A stretch of DNA of 64,000 nucleotides. Origin: Octopus sinensis (lineage: Eukaryota). Where the stretch lies: positions 172,608,001-172,672,000 of the forward strand of contig NC_042999.1 in NCBI RefSeq assembly GCF_006345805.1, in the 5' to 3' direction. Numbering within the stretch: the first letter of the stretch is position 1; every line of letters starts with the position of its first letter. The position numbers and the translations under genes are program-made. Below are positions 50,638 to 63,800 of the stretch, piece after piece. The notes beneath the pieces were generated by a model, which was given only the letters and a program-made list of their open reading frames with translations, made no database searches and was not told the origin of the DNA.

Positions 50638-52606
50638 CTACAACACAATATAAACTATTTTTAGAAGCAGTCGTATATCTTTAGGGTTGCTTTTCATAAT
50701 TTTCTCCGATACCCTAATGACATTTTTGCTAAATACCGATTTTGAATAGTAATACCACTTAGCATCTATAGCTTTCAATATCTCTTGAGACTATTTCTCA
50801 AGACAGCATGACAAAGTATCTTTATATGCTTTCGTATTCAACTTCATTAGCGTTAATTGGAAATATATTTTCTAGCGGGGTTTCGCTTACATTAACTGTA
50901 TTTATGCTAATGTCATAAAATTTTTCGTAGACATCATTTCAGTATTGATCTTAATTCATTGTTTAGCTTTTAGTGTATCTGATATGTCTGTAGTAAACTA
51001 TAGAGCAGAGACGGAATATCATGGTACATACAGTTTCGTAGAGGTTTATTCATTGAATTTCTGCAACTCACTTTTATAGCACATAGTTTTAGTATAGGTA
51101 AAACAATTTTATTCAATTACCCTGTTTGGTACGTCAAACATACACTTTGTTTGCAATAGCTTGCCTTGTATCCAAATTGGAAATCAATATTAATGAACGA
51201 TTATGCGGTGAAGTATTATGGACAATTTATTAGTAGGAAAGCTAGAGACTTTCCATCGCTCATTCGTCACTGCACTTTGCAAATTCGAATGCTGAGATCA
51301 AATAGGGTTTTATCCTGCTAGGGGTACAAGGTATTTAATCAATATGTCTATCGTCCCTTATATACATTCTTCTTTCCCCTAAGAATCGTTTATCATTGCA
51401 CATATAAATATTATGTATCATAAATGCACTGTTGTGATAACCTAAACCTAGGCTTCCCATATCAGCTTTCAGTCGAAGAAGCTCTTGGTACATAAAGAAG
51501 AATATCAAGGAAGAACTCGTTAGAACTTCGACTCAAACGTCTTGCAAAATCTGGGGCCTATATGGCAGCTGAAAATGAATTGATATCATTGCACTTCTGA
51601 AATGACGACAATACTTGCCTGACTAATTACGTTACTTCATGACATTGCAACGTCTCATTTCTAATCTCAGCGGGTTTGGTTTTGAATTTCATCGTTCCGA
51701 GATCGATAATGTAAGTGTAAATGATATATTGCCGCTGAATCGATCCAACGTTCCCTTTCTTCACGAACATCTAGTAAGTAATCAATATTATTCAATGTCG
51801 ATAATCGTACACCAGTATAATTATCTATTTCTTCTATCTGATAAAAATACACGCAATGGCATGAGTGAACGCTTCAATGAAAATTATGTACAGTAAAATT
51901 TGCATAATTGATTTTAAGATATTGTTTTCCTCTTAAGTGAATATTAGGTGATTTGGCTTCAGAACTACAGTGTTCGGGAGATTGCATGATTGTCGTAAAG
52001 AATTGTTTCTGTTTAATGAATATCTATTACTGAAAAATCCATGATTGTTACTAAATCGCATTTCACTAACTTCTACTATGTATGGTTTTCTAAGTAAATA
52101 AGATATCAATATTCAACTTAACGTAACACAAGTCTTCACGACATTTTGACATGTAGTTCACATATTCGGAAAGACATATTAGCCAATGTACATGCCAAAA
52201 CAAGTTGATATATTTACATTCTAACAGAAACATTATCCTCAGTTGTTATCAAACTGCTGTCGAGAAAACTTTACATTTCGTCCAATGTCACTTGAAGTTA
52301 ATTCGACGCAACAGCTAACATTCTCAAACATGCGTAAACTTATAATGACATTCATATAATTCTTTTCATGTGGATTGATACAGTAAATTTCGTCGGTTCA
52401 CTCATTTGCTGATATATTATTTTGTAATGTAACCTAGCAGCCTGTGCATTTGTCAGACATACATATGAGTTGTAAGCTATCTCCACAAAAGTAAAGTGTA
52501 TATTATATGTCTGGCAAGTGTTCATCTATATACTGACAGGAAGAGAAACGATTCCAACAAGAATTGAGTATAACGTACATACACCTAGGAACATATATCC
52601 AAGGAA

Positions 52607-52641
<35 letters not shown>

Positions 52642-52997
52642 ATTAGAGATTTATACATATAAATATAATATTCATACACGTAAGCATATCCACTCTTGAT
52701 ATATGTCACTGCTTTACGAGACACAGCTTATATGAAGATTCAGATGCTTTTAGAACACTCTTTACAGTACCGTGGAAATAGAACATCACGCGGCTATTAT
52801 ATGTTTAAAAACTGACTGCAAGAAATACATGTACATTCAGACGAAACTGAATAAATTATGTATTCATTTCAATTGATAACTTAAGCTTATTTTCAAGTTC
52901 CGCAGAATTAGCTTCCTATGTACACTTATAATAACATCCCTTGAAACTTCATTTTCTTGTATTCTATGGAATACAAGAGTGCTTAACACAAAAGAGT

Positions 52998-53144
52998 TAC
53001 ATTATTTACATTATTTGCATTCGACGGATATTTGTCCTCATCTTGTTTGTTGTTATCACAAACAAGTGTTAACAACAAACAAGAGTTAACAACAAACAAG
53101 ATGTGGACAAATATCCGTCGAATGTAAATAATGTAAATAATGTA
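52998..53144. repeat. Fold-back inverted repeat, 58-bp arms (56/58 match), 31-bp spacer
   Basis: TACATTATTTACATTATTT.CATTCGACGGATATTTGTCC.CATCTTGTTTGTTGTTA and its reverse complement. Confidence 0.92.
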
Positions 53145-54863
53145 CAGAATTCCTCATCTCTTAAATGTAGAACTACAAAAGAGTTATTTTCGTTATAATT
53201 GTAATATATTCATTCCAATGATTTTTACAACGGCACATTTAGCTAACTACATTCATTATATATTTAATATCAAATGTTGATTTCGATGTCCCGAGAAGTG
53301 AGAACGAGCGTGCCGGTGTGTTTCTAGTTTTAAATTCCGCATTTTATCACTTTCTGTGACGTTGTTTAAACATAAATATATTTATACTTCCTTCCTAGTA
53401 TTTCTTGATGTATAGACGCCGGGTGCCTAAAAATCTACATAATAATCTGCCTGTTCGTTCACCCGTTATACTTTAGTTACTTAGAGAAATGTAGGGGCAA
53501 TGAGTGAAAGGGGGAGTAAAAGTGAGAGAGAGAGAGGAGAGGAGTGTGAGTAGAGAAGAAAGAAGTGAGGGAGAATTAGAGAAAGATGTATAATAGGCCA
53601 AAGTCATCAAGTGGTTAGTTGAAAGGAGAGGCGAAGATCGTGAGAAAAAGACGGCGAGAGAAAAGAGGGAGAGAGAAAAGGGGAAGAGAGAAGTATTAAC
53701 GACGTTTTGGTAGGATGGCGAGGGAAAGGCAAAGGCAAATATGTTTAGGATAAAATATTTAGCTGAGGGTAATATTCTGGTGGTGGGGTTCAGGAAAGGC
53801 GGATAGAAAGAGATGGTCAGAGGAGGCAGTTACATTAAGAGAGAGAGGGAGAGAGAGAGAGAGTGGTGGTGGTGATGGCGGCGGCTGAGGCGGCGGTCGT
53901 GGCAACGGCTGTGGGGGCGGCGGTGGAGGTGGTGGTGGTGGTGACGTTGGTGGTAGTGGTCGTCGTGTGTTGATAGTGGAAAGTATTTTGTTTTATTGAA
54001 CTAAATTTACACAATTTATTTTTCTACCTGTTTGTTTACACTTTACGCTTTAGTTTGTTAAAGAGGAAAAGGATGTAGAGTGAGAGAGGAAGAGGAAATA
54101 TGAGAATGAGTAAGAGAACAGCTAGCCAGTCGATGCATTATACTCTCACTCATGGAAGAGAGAGACATGAAGAGATTTACATGGTTAAACAGCTTGTTGA
54201 AGAGGTAAGAGAGAATTATTAAGTGCTTAGCAGAGAGAAAGTCTGACATCATATAATATATTATTGAGAATGGAAGTGAAATAACTTACTAAAATGAAAG
54301 TAAGAATGCAAATCAACCATTCTTTCTTAAATAGCTTTTCTTAATCTTGTTCGTTCTGCGGAATTTCCACGGGTTCCATTAATCTCTATAAATACCTGAC
54401 TACAAAATCTGTGGTCATGACATTAAGTAATAATTATATTATTTCCTTATGTAGCTTTATATCTATTTTCAAGTTTCTCTTTACCCTCTATTTATAGTGT
54501 ATTAGAATGTTCCTATTTTTGCTATTTAATTGGTTGTTTTTATTTTCATTAAGATCTATCACTAATTACTTTGTACAAAATAAAGCTTCTTTATAGTCGG
54601 GCAATAAATATCTTTCCTGTTTGTTTGAACGTGTGTATGTTCGTATATGTGTGCATGCATGTATTTGTGTACGTGTATGTGTGTGTGTATGTGTGTGTCT
54701 GTGTGAAATACATTACTAACATAATAGATACATAGAGAGAGAGAATGAGAGTGGGAGAATGAGAAAGAGAGAGAGAAAGAGAGAGAACATATATGTGTGT
54801 GCATGTGTAGTTAGTTCATCGAATTGAGCTGACTCTAACTGTTATTAATATACTTAACTGCTA

Positions 54864-55075
54864 AGGGCGGTGAGCTGGCAGAATCGTTAACAGCCCGGAT
54901 AAAATGCTACTGTCATTTCGTCCTACTGTACGTTCTGCGTTCAAATTCCTCCTGGTAGGCTTCGTGTTTCATCCTTTCCGACTTGATAAAATGAGTGCCA
55001 GTTGCTTGTTGCTATCGACTTACGCCTTCGTCAACCTTGAAATCCCTATCCTGCAATTTGAAATAGATATATGTA
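54864..55075 (+). mobile_element. SINE family A
   Basis: GGGCGGTGAGCTGGCAGAATCGTTA, GTTCAAATTCC, TTTCATCCTTTCCGACTTGATAAAATGAGTGCCAGTT. Confidence 0.75.
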
Positions 55076-55087
55076 AAGCCTTTTAAC

Positions 55088-55200
55088 CAGCCGGCTGGCA
55101 GAATCGTTATCACGCCGGGAAAAAGGCTAAGCGTCATTTCATCGACATTCACGTTCTGAGTTCAAATTCCATCGAAATTTACTTTGCTTTTTACCCTTTC
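55088..55200 (+). mobile_element. SINE family A, 3'-truncated
   Basis: GCTGGCAGAATCGTTATCACGCCGGG, GTTCTGAGTTCAAATTCC, TTTACTTTGCTTTTTACCCTTTC. Confidence 0.7.
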
Positions 55201-55215
55201 ATTCTTCTTGTGGTG

Positions 55216-55585
55216 ATGAGTTGTTTTATCTCTTGTTTCTAGCAATACTGGTGCTGACCAGTGCCTTCAATCACTTTAGTGACGCATGTATTTCTGCTTT
55301 ACAGATTCTAAAGTCGCGAACAAGCTACTCTTTATAATTTATAACTTTCTCTTTTACCGTTTAGAAAATCGGCGTATGATTTCTACCTTAACCTTATAAA
55401 CTGAAAAGGCGAGTTGATGTTGACCCAAGGCGCTAGCCGAGAGTCACTGACGAGCATTAACATAACTGCGAGATCACTGTGATCTGGCTATGCCTAGGCG
55501 CTCAGGTAGCTTGCCTCTTTTGTCCGTCATTAAGATAGTGCTCCTTGTGTTTATGAGTTGTTTTAACTCTTATTTCTAGCAATAC
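55216..55585 (+). mobile_element. 337-bp-period unit bounded by 33-bp direct repeats, containing a hammerhead-like motif (pLTR- or retrozyme-like)
   Basis: ATGAGTTGTTTTA(T/A)CTCTT(G/A)TTTCTAGCAATAC at 55216 and 55553. Confidence 0.5.
55442..55489 (+). ncRNA. Type I hammerhead-like motif with an A14G core change (probably inactive)
   Basis: AGUCA-CUGACGA-GCA UUAACAUAAC UGC-GAGA-UCAC U GUGA-UC-UGGCU: all three stems present, AUC triplet. Confidence 0.55.
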
Positions 55586-55755
55586 AGAAAAGCAAAAGAG
55601 GACGGGTGTATAAACAAGAAGCAGGTGCATTAGTTTGACACTCGGCAAGGTGAGAAAGTCTTTTACGTTTCGAGCCTACGCTCTTCAACAGAAAGGAATA
55701 CGATGAAATAAACCGAGAGGGAGAATAAATAAAACTTGTGGATTCAGCGATCAAT
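55586..55755 (-). mobile_element. Probable PLE terminal-repeat fragment, related to 28935-29110
   Basis: Shared 40-nt core; flanks only loosely similar. Confidence 0.55.
55660..55695 (-). ncRNA. Minimal hammerhead-like motif, A6U variant (second copy)
   Basis: CUUU-CUGUUGA-A-GAGC GUAG GCUC-GAA ACGU-A-AAAG; differs from the 29-kb copy at the N17 position. Confidence 0.6.
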
Positions 55756-55756
55756 C

Positions 55757-55814
<58 letters not shown>

Positions 55815-55815
<1 letters not shown>

Positions 55816-55955
55816 AACACGACGTGCTTCTTTCAATTTGCCTGAACCAAATCCACTCACAAGAATTTAGGCAGCCCAAGGCTGTACTAGGAAGCACTTT
55901 CCGTAGGTGCCAAACAATGAACACGGAACTTCTCACTACACAGCCCCTCCCTAAT
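55815..55955 (-). mobile_element. SINE family B 5' half, degraded
   Basis: Reverse complement contains GTGAGTGGATTTGGTTCAGGCAAATTGAAAGAAGCACGTCG. Confidence 0.55.
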
Positions 55956-57389
55956 ATATTCAGAGGTTTACCATGATGACGTGAGTTTTGTTTCAATACG
56001 TTTCTCATCTCCCACGAGAATACACCGAGTCGCAGCCTTCAAAATTTCTCTTATTATTCAGATAGTTATTCAGCTAAAGAACTATAAACTCTGCTGACAT
56101 GCACAGCCCCTAATTAGTGCCGACTTCTTACACGACACCATCGTCACCTGTATTTGAAGAACCATGCAATAAAACTCATAATGTATATATTACATCCTGT
56201 AACTAATTTCACTGCTGCCAGTGCTTGTTCATTTATATCAGACAATATTCGTACGCTCACCCATTAACACCCACTCACACGCGCGTACACGCACACATTA
56301 ACATACACGCGCGCACACACACGCACACGCACACACAAGCAGAGACATATATAAATATCAAATGCGTGTTTACGACAATTGTAGTTAATTTGCAAACATT
56401 TTAACGAAGCATTATCAATCACAATGCTTTCTAACAAGATTTGAACATATTACATAAATTCACGCATATCCATATTTGTCTATGTCTGTATGCGTATGCA
56501 TATGTATGTAAGTATGTATAAATATATATACACACACACGCATATATATTAACTATACTTATATATATATATATACATATATAAATATATTAATATTCAT
56601 ATATATATACAAACATACACATATAGATAGATAAGATACATGCATAAGAATACTATATTTACATATTTACATATATATATTCATATAGGTGACTGTAAAG
56701 ATATAAAAAAATATATATATATTAAAATATATATATAAATAATATATAAATGTATGTATATATGCATATATACACATATATATGTATATGTATATATGTG
56801 TGTGTGTGTGTGCGTGCGTGTGTATGTACACACACATGTTTATGCATTGGAGTTGTAATGAGCTGATTACAGAAGTTCAAATTCGCTAGTAACTCGTTAC
56901 GTTATCGACGTCCATACGAGTTCATTTCCAGTCATTCATTTCATGCCATTTCACCAAATAGTGATATTTAGTTACAGAAAAATCTAAGACATTTGAAGCT
57001 TTCAAAGATTTAGAGTAATATTCGAAGTGTGCTTTTACTGATGATGTCTGTAGTGTAAAGTTACATGTAACACATTTGAGTACACTCCGTTTTTCTACCG
57101 AAAGTGTGTCGGCAGAATATTCACCTCTTAAAAGTTCCTTCACAGTGAAAGAACATTTCACGTCCCATTGTACGTCACATGACTTTAACGAATATATTTT
57201 ATTTAATTTTGCGTCCTGCGAATATTGTTCGTCAATTGCAGCTTCATTAGATTTTATTACGTTGCAGTGATAATATAAGAACTCGCAGTTTTTCAGTAGG
57301 TGACAAATATATTTTGAAGTAGCATCTCATGACATGGAACCATGCAAAAAAGCATGTGTTCTGTGAAAAAATGACAGACAGGACGGAGG

Positions 57390-57835
57390 AAAATGTCCCT
57401 TGCATTTGAAAACTATGGAAATCTTTCTAAAAAACATTTTATTTAATTTTTCCACGATTTACTTGTTTTTTGTGCTTTACTGTAAGTTGAAAAGGTCGCA
57501 CAGACTGAAACCGGTGCTAAAATGTTCTTCATGATAAAATTATTTTAACATTTTCTACCTTGTCTTATTATCCTCATTGTGTTTTGATAAATATTTGTCT
57601 CTGTCACTCTGTTTTATTCATGTAAAAAAGAGAGAGACAGGCAGAAAAAAGGAAAGTGTCCCTTGCATTTGAGAAATATGGAAATATTTTTTAGAAACGT
57701 TTCATTTAAATTTTCCACGATTTAACTGTTTTTCATGCTTTACTCTAAGTTGAAAAAGTCGCAAAGGCTGAAACCGGTACTAAAATCTTCTTCATTATAA
57801 AATTATATTAGTATTTTCTACCTTGTCTTATTTTT
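57390..57835. repeat. Diverged tandem duplication, ~263-bp period
   Basis: TGTCCCTTGCATTTGA...TTTTCCACGATTT...GCTTTACT.TAAGTTGAAAA.GTCGCA...CTGAAACCGGT.CTAAAAT...TTTTCTACCTTGTCTTATT occurs twice, roughly 80-85% identical. Confidence 0.88.
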
Positions 57836-58039
57836 CTTATATATATATATTTGCAATTTCGGGTAATGATAATCGAGATGGCTCCAATGGGGCCAGCTGC
57901 AAGAAAAAACTAAGCTAAGAGCATTAGATTCTTTAGAAGAAAGCAGCGAAGCAGTGAATATATACAAAATCAAGGACGGAAAAAATGGATAATGTTATAC
58001 AAATAAACACATATATATATGTGTATATATATATATATG

Positions 58040-58072
<33 letters not shown>

Positions 58073-58121
58073 ATGTGTGTGTGTGTGCGTGCGTGTGTGT
58101 GTGTGTGTGTATGTATATATA

Positions 58122-58154
<33 letters not shown>

Positions 58155-58273
58155 ACTTACGTACGTGTTGTGCGTGTGTGTGTGTTACTGTGCGTGAGTC
58201 TGTTTTATGGGTCTGTATGTTTATTTGTGAGATGTGTGTTTGTTCAAATAAATACTGAGAGACAGTTATATAG

Positions 58274-58396
58274 CGTAGCACCGAGGAAGTACCAGAAGAC
58301 GCACAAGTCTTTTATCAAAATGATTCAAAACAATTTCCTATGAAGTGTCAAATGTTAGTTAGATTTCATGGTCAGGTGCCGTTACCTGGAATACAA
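58274..58396 (+). other. Candidate coding exon (RSTEEVPEDAQVFYQNDSKQFPMKCQMLVRFHGQVPLPGIQ)
   Basis: 41 open codons ending in phase 0 at a GTAAGT donor; acceptor weak; protein not recognised. Confidence 0.25.
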
Positions 58397-58934
58397 GTAA
58401 GTTTATCTTATTGCTTAACTCAATCATAGATATGAATTTGTTTGACAGTATTTTTACCTCAATGTCTGCTACTCACACGTTGGTGTTAAATAGTATTTGA
58501 CGTTGATATATTTCATTCACTTATTATTTTTTTATTGTAGTTGACATCTATATTCCTTATTTCATTGAAGTTCTATGCAGTATTTGAATAATTTTTACCT
58601 ATGCTTCACATCAAATATTTTTCATTAGTTTCTACAGGGTTATTTGTTTTTTTATGAAAAGGAAAGACAGGAGTTTTGCTGAGAAGTATTGTCTAAGTTT
58701 CTTTTATTCAAATCAAAGCAGTGTATGTATTTATGTGTACACCAACATACACACATACACATATGTATATATATATCAAAAGGATGTGTGATAATTCTAT
58801 TCCATATACATAAAAACAGCCATACCAACAATCCAACACACATAAAGGAACACTGTCGATTACGACGACCAGGGTCTCAGCTGATACGATCAACGGAATA
58901 GTTTACTCGCGAAATGAACGTGGAAGTTTTTGAG

Positions 58935-59155
58935 CATTCCAGCGACCCGCAGTTCTCAAGGATATTCAGCGTGACAGAATGTGACAAGGCTGGCCCTTTG
59001 TAATATAGGCACTATTCATTTTTGCCAGCTGAACGGACTGGAGCAACGTGAAAATAAAGTGTCTTGCTGAAGGACACAACGCGTCGCCGGGAATTGAACT
59101 AAAGACCTTATTATGGTGAGTCGAATATTCCAACCATCATGCTACGCGTCTTCAC
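58935..59155 (-). mobile_element. tRNA-derived SINE family D (Meta/CORE-type central block)
   Basis: Reverse complement: tRNA-like head with GTTCAATTCCC, then GTGTCCTTCAGCAAGACACTTTATTTTCACGTTGCTCCAGTCC..CAGCTGGCAAAAATG. Confidence 0.7.
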
Positions 59156-59899
59156 AAACACACACATATATGCATCTGGGTATTAATTATAGACTATATA
59201 TTATTAGACTGTATATAATGTACATGATATTTATATATATATAAATGTCTGCGTGTGTGTGAGTGTATGTCTGTGTGTACGTAGTTTTTGTATGTAGTTG
59301 AAGATCATCTTGCATCGTTGTCATATTCAAAAGGTTCTAAAAACTGAAATTTTTACAAAGAAAACTAAAGTATTGCGACTTGCCCAAAAAAAGTTGCGGT
59401 GGCAGATTCGAGATACAAGTAATTTTTTACGCATTTAGAAATTTAAAATCTATCTCTGCTGTAAAAGGGAATCTTTGCAGAAGTTCTTTTTCTCAATTTT
59501 CTCAGTAATGTGATTTGTTTTGCCCAAGTTAGCTACAACAGTTGACTTTTACAAATACAATACTCAGGAATATTTTGGGAACATTGTAATATGCAAAAGT
59601 GTCTTATCGAATGATAATAATTTTCTTTTTGACACCCAGAGTGACAGCGCAAGAGAAGCAGTTACTTTTGCCACATTATTCCTGAACGCTAAATAATTTA
59701 TGAATCCGCGAAATGTGAGTATGATATTTTGCAAAGGCATTCTTTAGCATTGATCGCAGGTTGACATTTCAAAAACGCCGTTGACTAGGCATAGTTAGAA
59801 AACTGGGAGAGTTGTTACATGCTTTCTAAAGACAAATACCAGATTGCAGCAGATAATACAGCCCGCTCGAAGGTGATTTTAATAGTGTGGGTTGCATCA

Positions 59900-60900
59900 G
59901 AGAACTGCCCTAAGACCACTGCTCTGTTATGCCTCAGCCCGTCATGACATTAGTTATACACAATGCCATTCTTACTAGTCATGCTGATAATAGAAATGTA
60001 GCACAAGTTGCCAAGAATTCTTATAATGTTAATCTTCAACAGAAAGATGTAGATGACTCATATTGGAGAAAATAACAGCAAGAAATTTAATACAGAGAGG
60101 ATGGAAGGCCTCAGCTCTCAGTGAGTTTGCCAAAACATTGTAACAAAGATATTTCGGAGCAGAAGACTGGTAATCCTAAATTCAAACTTAATGCAAGAAA
60201 TTGGAATTGATATGAGCAACGCTGCTTCGCTCCATGTACATAACACCGAGGCGGAAGCAATGTCCTAGCGAATGGCAAGATGGGTACCGCGGATATTCAA
60301 AGTGAGGAATTAGAAAAGTATGCTAATCCTACGAAAGACATTTGGCTTCAGCCGTCTGGACTAATGCTCTCAACCATGGTTACCACACATAGCCAAATAA
60401 ATATTGGAACTCGAAGCAATTCAACGGTGCTACACCAAGAAGATTGTTTCAATGAAACAGCTAAACTACTGAGATTGAAAGAATTGTAATTAAGATAGGT
60501 GAGATATGAAGTAATATACATAGGAAGTTCCTAGAGTGGCTGAGAACAAACTTCGGTTTGCAATGTTATAACATCCCACGAATAGAATACTACTGCACTT
60601 TTCCAACAATTTAAAACATTCTGTCTAGAGTAAGAACATTGCACTGTAATAGCTTGGGGTTCAAAGGTCAAAAGTAATTTGATATCTTACAAACAAAGAA
60701 AAAATGAGAGAAGCACATGGAGTAAGGTGTTGATGTTTTCATGAAAAAGTTCACAGTCTGCAGTGCGAAATCTCAGATGAAAGTACATCATGGAAAGAAA
60801 CGCAAAGGAGGACTGCAATGTGAAAACCTTTCATTCATCAAAAGCCAACCCTATGAGAATGATCATTGAATAGAAGATGAATCTGGTAGTGCCACTATAG
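59900..60900 (+). mobile_element. Decayed CR1-group LINE, RT C-terminus and 3' region
   Basis: GIDMSNAASLHVH, LD*CSQPWLP, LELEAIQRCYTKKIVSMKQLNY, RTLHCNSLGFKG. Confidence 0.75.
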
Positions 60901-61192
60901 ACCATGGGCTAAAACACATAAAAAAAGAAAAAAAACAATAGAAATAATAAAGAATAAAAATAATAGCAAAAACAATAATGATGATGATGATGATGATGAG
61001 GTTTATAATTTAGCCAAATCAATGAATATGTAAGAAAGGTTGCAGAAACCAGGAAATTATTCAATAGTAAAATACATCTCTTACACATCTCGGAGCGGAA
61101 GTCGGAACTAGAACGAATAGAACGTATTAAATCATTCAACTGGTAATCGAAAATATGACGTTTCTGAGATTCCTAACCACTACTTTGCGGTG

Positions 61193-61227
<35 letters not shown>

Positions 61228-62385
61228 CTGTGTGTGTGTGTGCGTGTGTGTGTGTGCGCGCGTGCGTGTGTGTTTATGTGCGTGTGTGTGAGTATAATGG
61301 GATTGATGAGTGTTTTTGTTTTGTTATTGGACTTATATGTTTTTAGCGGACAGGGACAGACTAACTGAATCTAATCAACTGCAATAAAATGAATTTATGA
61401 AATACGATTAATGGACCTGAATCCTGGCTTTGTTTTCATTAGCTACAATACCATACTTTGTGAAGGGAGTTGAACAGAAAGGTAATGGACAGGAAGTACT
61501 TCAAGAATTAAACGATTATGAAAAATAAAATGAAATCGGAAACATATTTTTATTTTTCTCTGAAGCTCAGCGAATCTGAAAATATTTTCTGGCGTATATC
61601 TAGGTAGCTTTTCTCCTTCTGAAGTAATTCTATAATACGCTTAATTTGTGATTCTATACAATATACAGTTAATACAATCAATAACATTTATTACTGTCAT
61701 CATACGCTCCAGCTGACAGGCATTTGTCCAATCATATATTACACGCCACACCAAGTTAGATTAATAGAAAATTCTAGTTCCGTATGCCAAAAATAAGTTT
61801 ACTAATCTCAGTCTATTCTAAACATGTATCCAATCATGCTTGATTTTTATCTCTTACGTCTCATTATACGTGATGTATAATCTTCGGTTTGTTCACCTTG
61901 GATGCTTCTTAAGTTTCATATCAGCCTCAACTTTAGACATTGTGAATATATATGGATAGCTCTCGAATCAAATAGTCTGTACTGACCTTTCAATATTATG
62001 TAAGTAACACAGAAGGAGGAATACATCAAGTTGTCAACTATGAAAAGTAGTTGCTACATATGCTATGCATATATTTAAAGGTTATATATGTGCAATAAAC
62101 TTTCCTTCAACATATGACCGTGCATCTTTCGTTCAGGCCGAGATTAATCTGCAAAGGAGTTAATTTACTGTGTAATTTACAGATCGTCATACTAACAAGT
62201 TTTCTGTATGTATCACTTTAGATAAGTTGATTTTATTCAAATTTCGCGTCATCATTATGGATACAGACATACTATTAGGATCTATTGTATTAAATCTTTG
62301 TCAACTCACATGGGTGTGTGCGAGTATGCACAGAGATACACTTTACATACGAACAATCATAAGCATTTACTTTATATACATATAT

Positions 62386-62552
62386 AGGCGCAGGAGTGTC
62401 TGTGCGGTATGTAGCTTTCTTACCAATCACATGGTTCCGGGTTCAGTCTCACAGCATAGCACCTTGGGCAAGTGTCTTCTACTATAGCCTCAGGCTGACC
62501 AAAGCCTTCTGAGTGGATTTGGTAGACGGAAACTGAAAGAAGCCCGTCGTAT
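62386..62552 (+). mobile_element. SINE family B 5' half
   Basis: GGCGCAGGAGTG.CTGTG.GGTA, CACATGGTTCCGGGTTCAGTC, CCTTGGGCAAGTGTCTTCTACTATAGCC, GACGGAAACTGAAAGAAGCCCGTCG. Confidence 0.88.
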
Positions 62553-63765
62553 ATATATATATATAGAAGGTGGCTTATATACATTCATATATGTATATAT
62601 ATATATTTATATATATCTGTGTAAGAGTGTGTGCCTCTGTCTTTGTCAGTTGACACAGCACATCGTTACTTAAAACTTTATGGGCATAAAACCCAGCACC
62701 GCAAGAAAACCGGATATAGAGGAAAGAATTGAAAAGAAATATTTTTAAATCTCTTGTAAGTGGTAAACCTTCGGCTGCTATTAGTCAGTTCAGGTCAAGC
62801 GAATGCGTCATCTAGCGAGCGAGAACAGTTATCCCATTGTGTCCTGCATGTGGTAGTTAAACAGGATATTGGCATCAGTTAGTTGGCGAGGTTTCACATT
62901 TTGGTGAAAAGAGTTTGCAGATGCGAAGATAACCAGTTTAGAGACATCAAGTTATATAACAGATTGCCTGAAAGCACTGGCGGTTGTAGGCTACCGTTAT
63001 TATACTATGAATAAACAGTTTTTAATTTTACAGGCTTCAGGGATTAAATATCTTGCGTCAGCTAGGTTTCATTTCATATTCATCAGCGAACAGTATTTTA
63101 TAGTCCACAGGAAGATAACTTTCTTTAGACACACAACGAGAATTCATGACTTCTTCCTTCACCATTATGATTTAACAGATTGTGTGTGGTTGCACATTGA
63201 ACTAAGTATAAAACATCGATGTAGGAATGTCATTGCTGGAAATTACTAAGATTGACCCTATCAATAATAATAGTCATACGTTTACGCTAAAATTCATACT
63301 TCTGTATAAGGTTGTTTTTATTTTCTCAATATACTATCCTACGTATTGATTTCAACGGTTAGGTTTCATTTACATTTGGTATTGCCTTCCCATTCTTACT
63401 TGCCCTATGCTACATATATGGAGCTATAATGTTAGTTTCCATACTTATCTATAGAGGGAATGTCTCCCATACATCTTCATTTATATCTTCAAATAACCGT
63501 TGAAGCCGTTAGTTATGGTTCAATATTCGACATGACTCCCATCTCTTTCTCACACGGATAGCAATATGATTCTCCTAGATCCAATTTTTTCTGCTCTATT
63601 CTTTCTTGCGTTCCTTGTATTATGCTTTCTCTTTTTCATACACTGAAGTTTACGATGATTTTTATTCAATTTACTTCAATCATTAATTTATATTATTATA
63701 TCTTTGTACGAAACGATCGTCTGCAAGAATTAATCTTCTTAGAATTAAACTTCTTTTTGGAAACC

Positions 63766-63800
<35 letters not shown>

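Noticed and set aside
50778-50798. 8-bp hairpin TCTTGAGA-CTATT-TCTCAAGA
   Set aside because: Too short to exceed chance in 64 kb of AT-rich sequence.
53864-53975. GC-rich (GGT/GGC)n stretch, Gly-rich if translated
   Set aside because: Simple repeat within a long purine tract, with no convincing splice sites.
63061-63090. Minus-strand CTGATGA-ATATGAAAT-GAAAC
   Set aside because: Only a 2-bp stem II and no NUH or stem I; expected by chance in AT-rich DNA.
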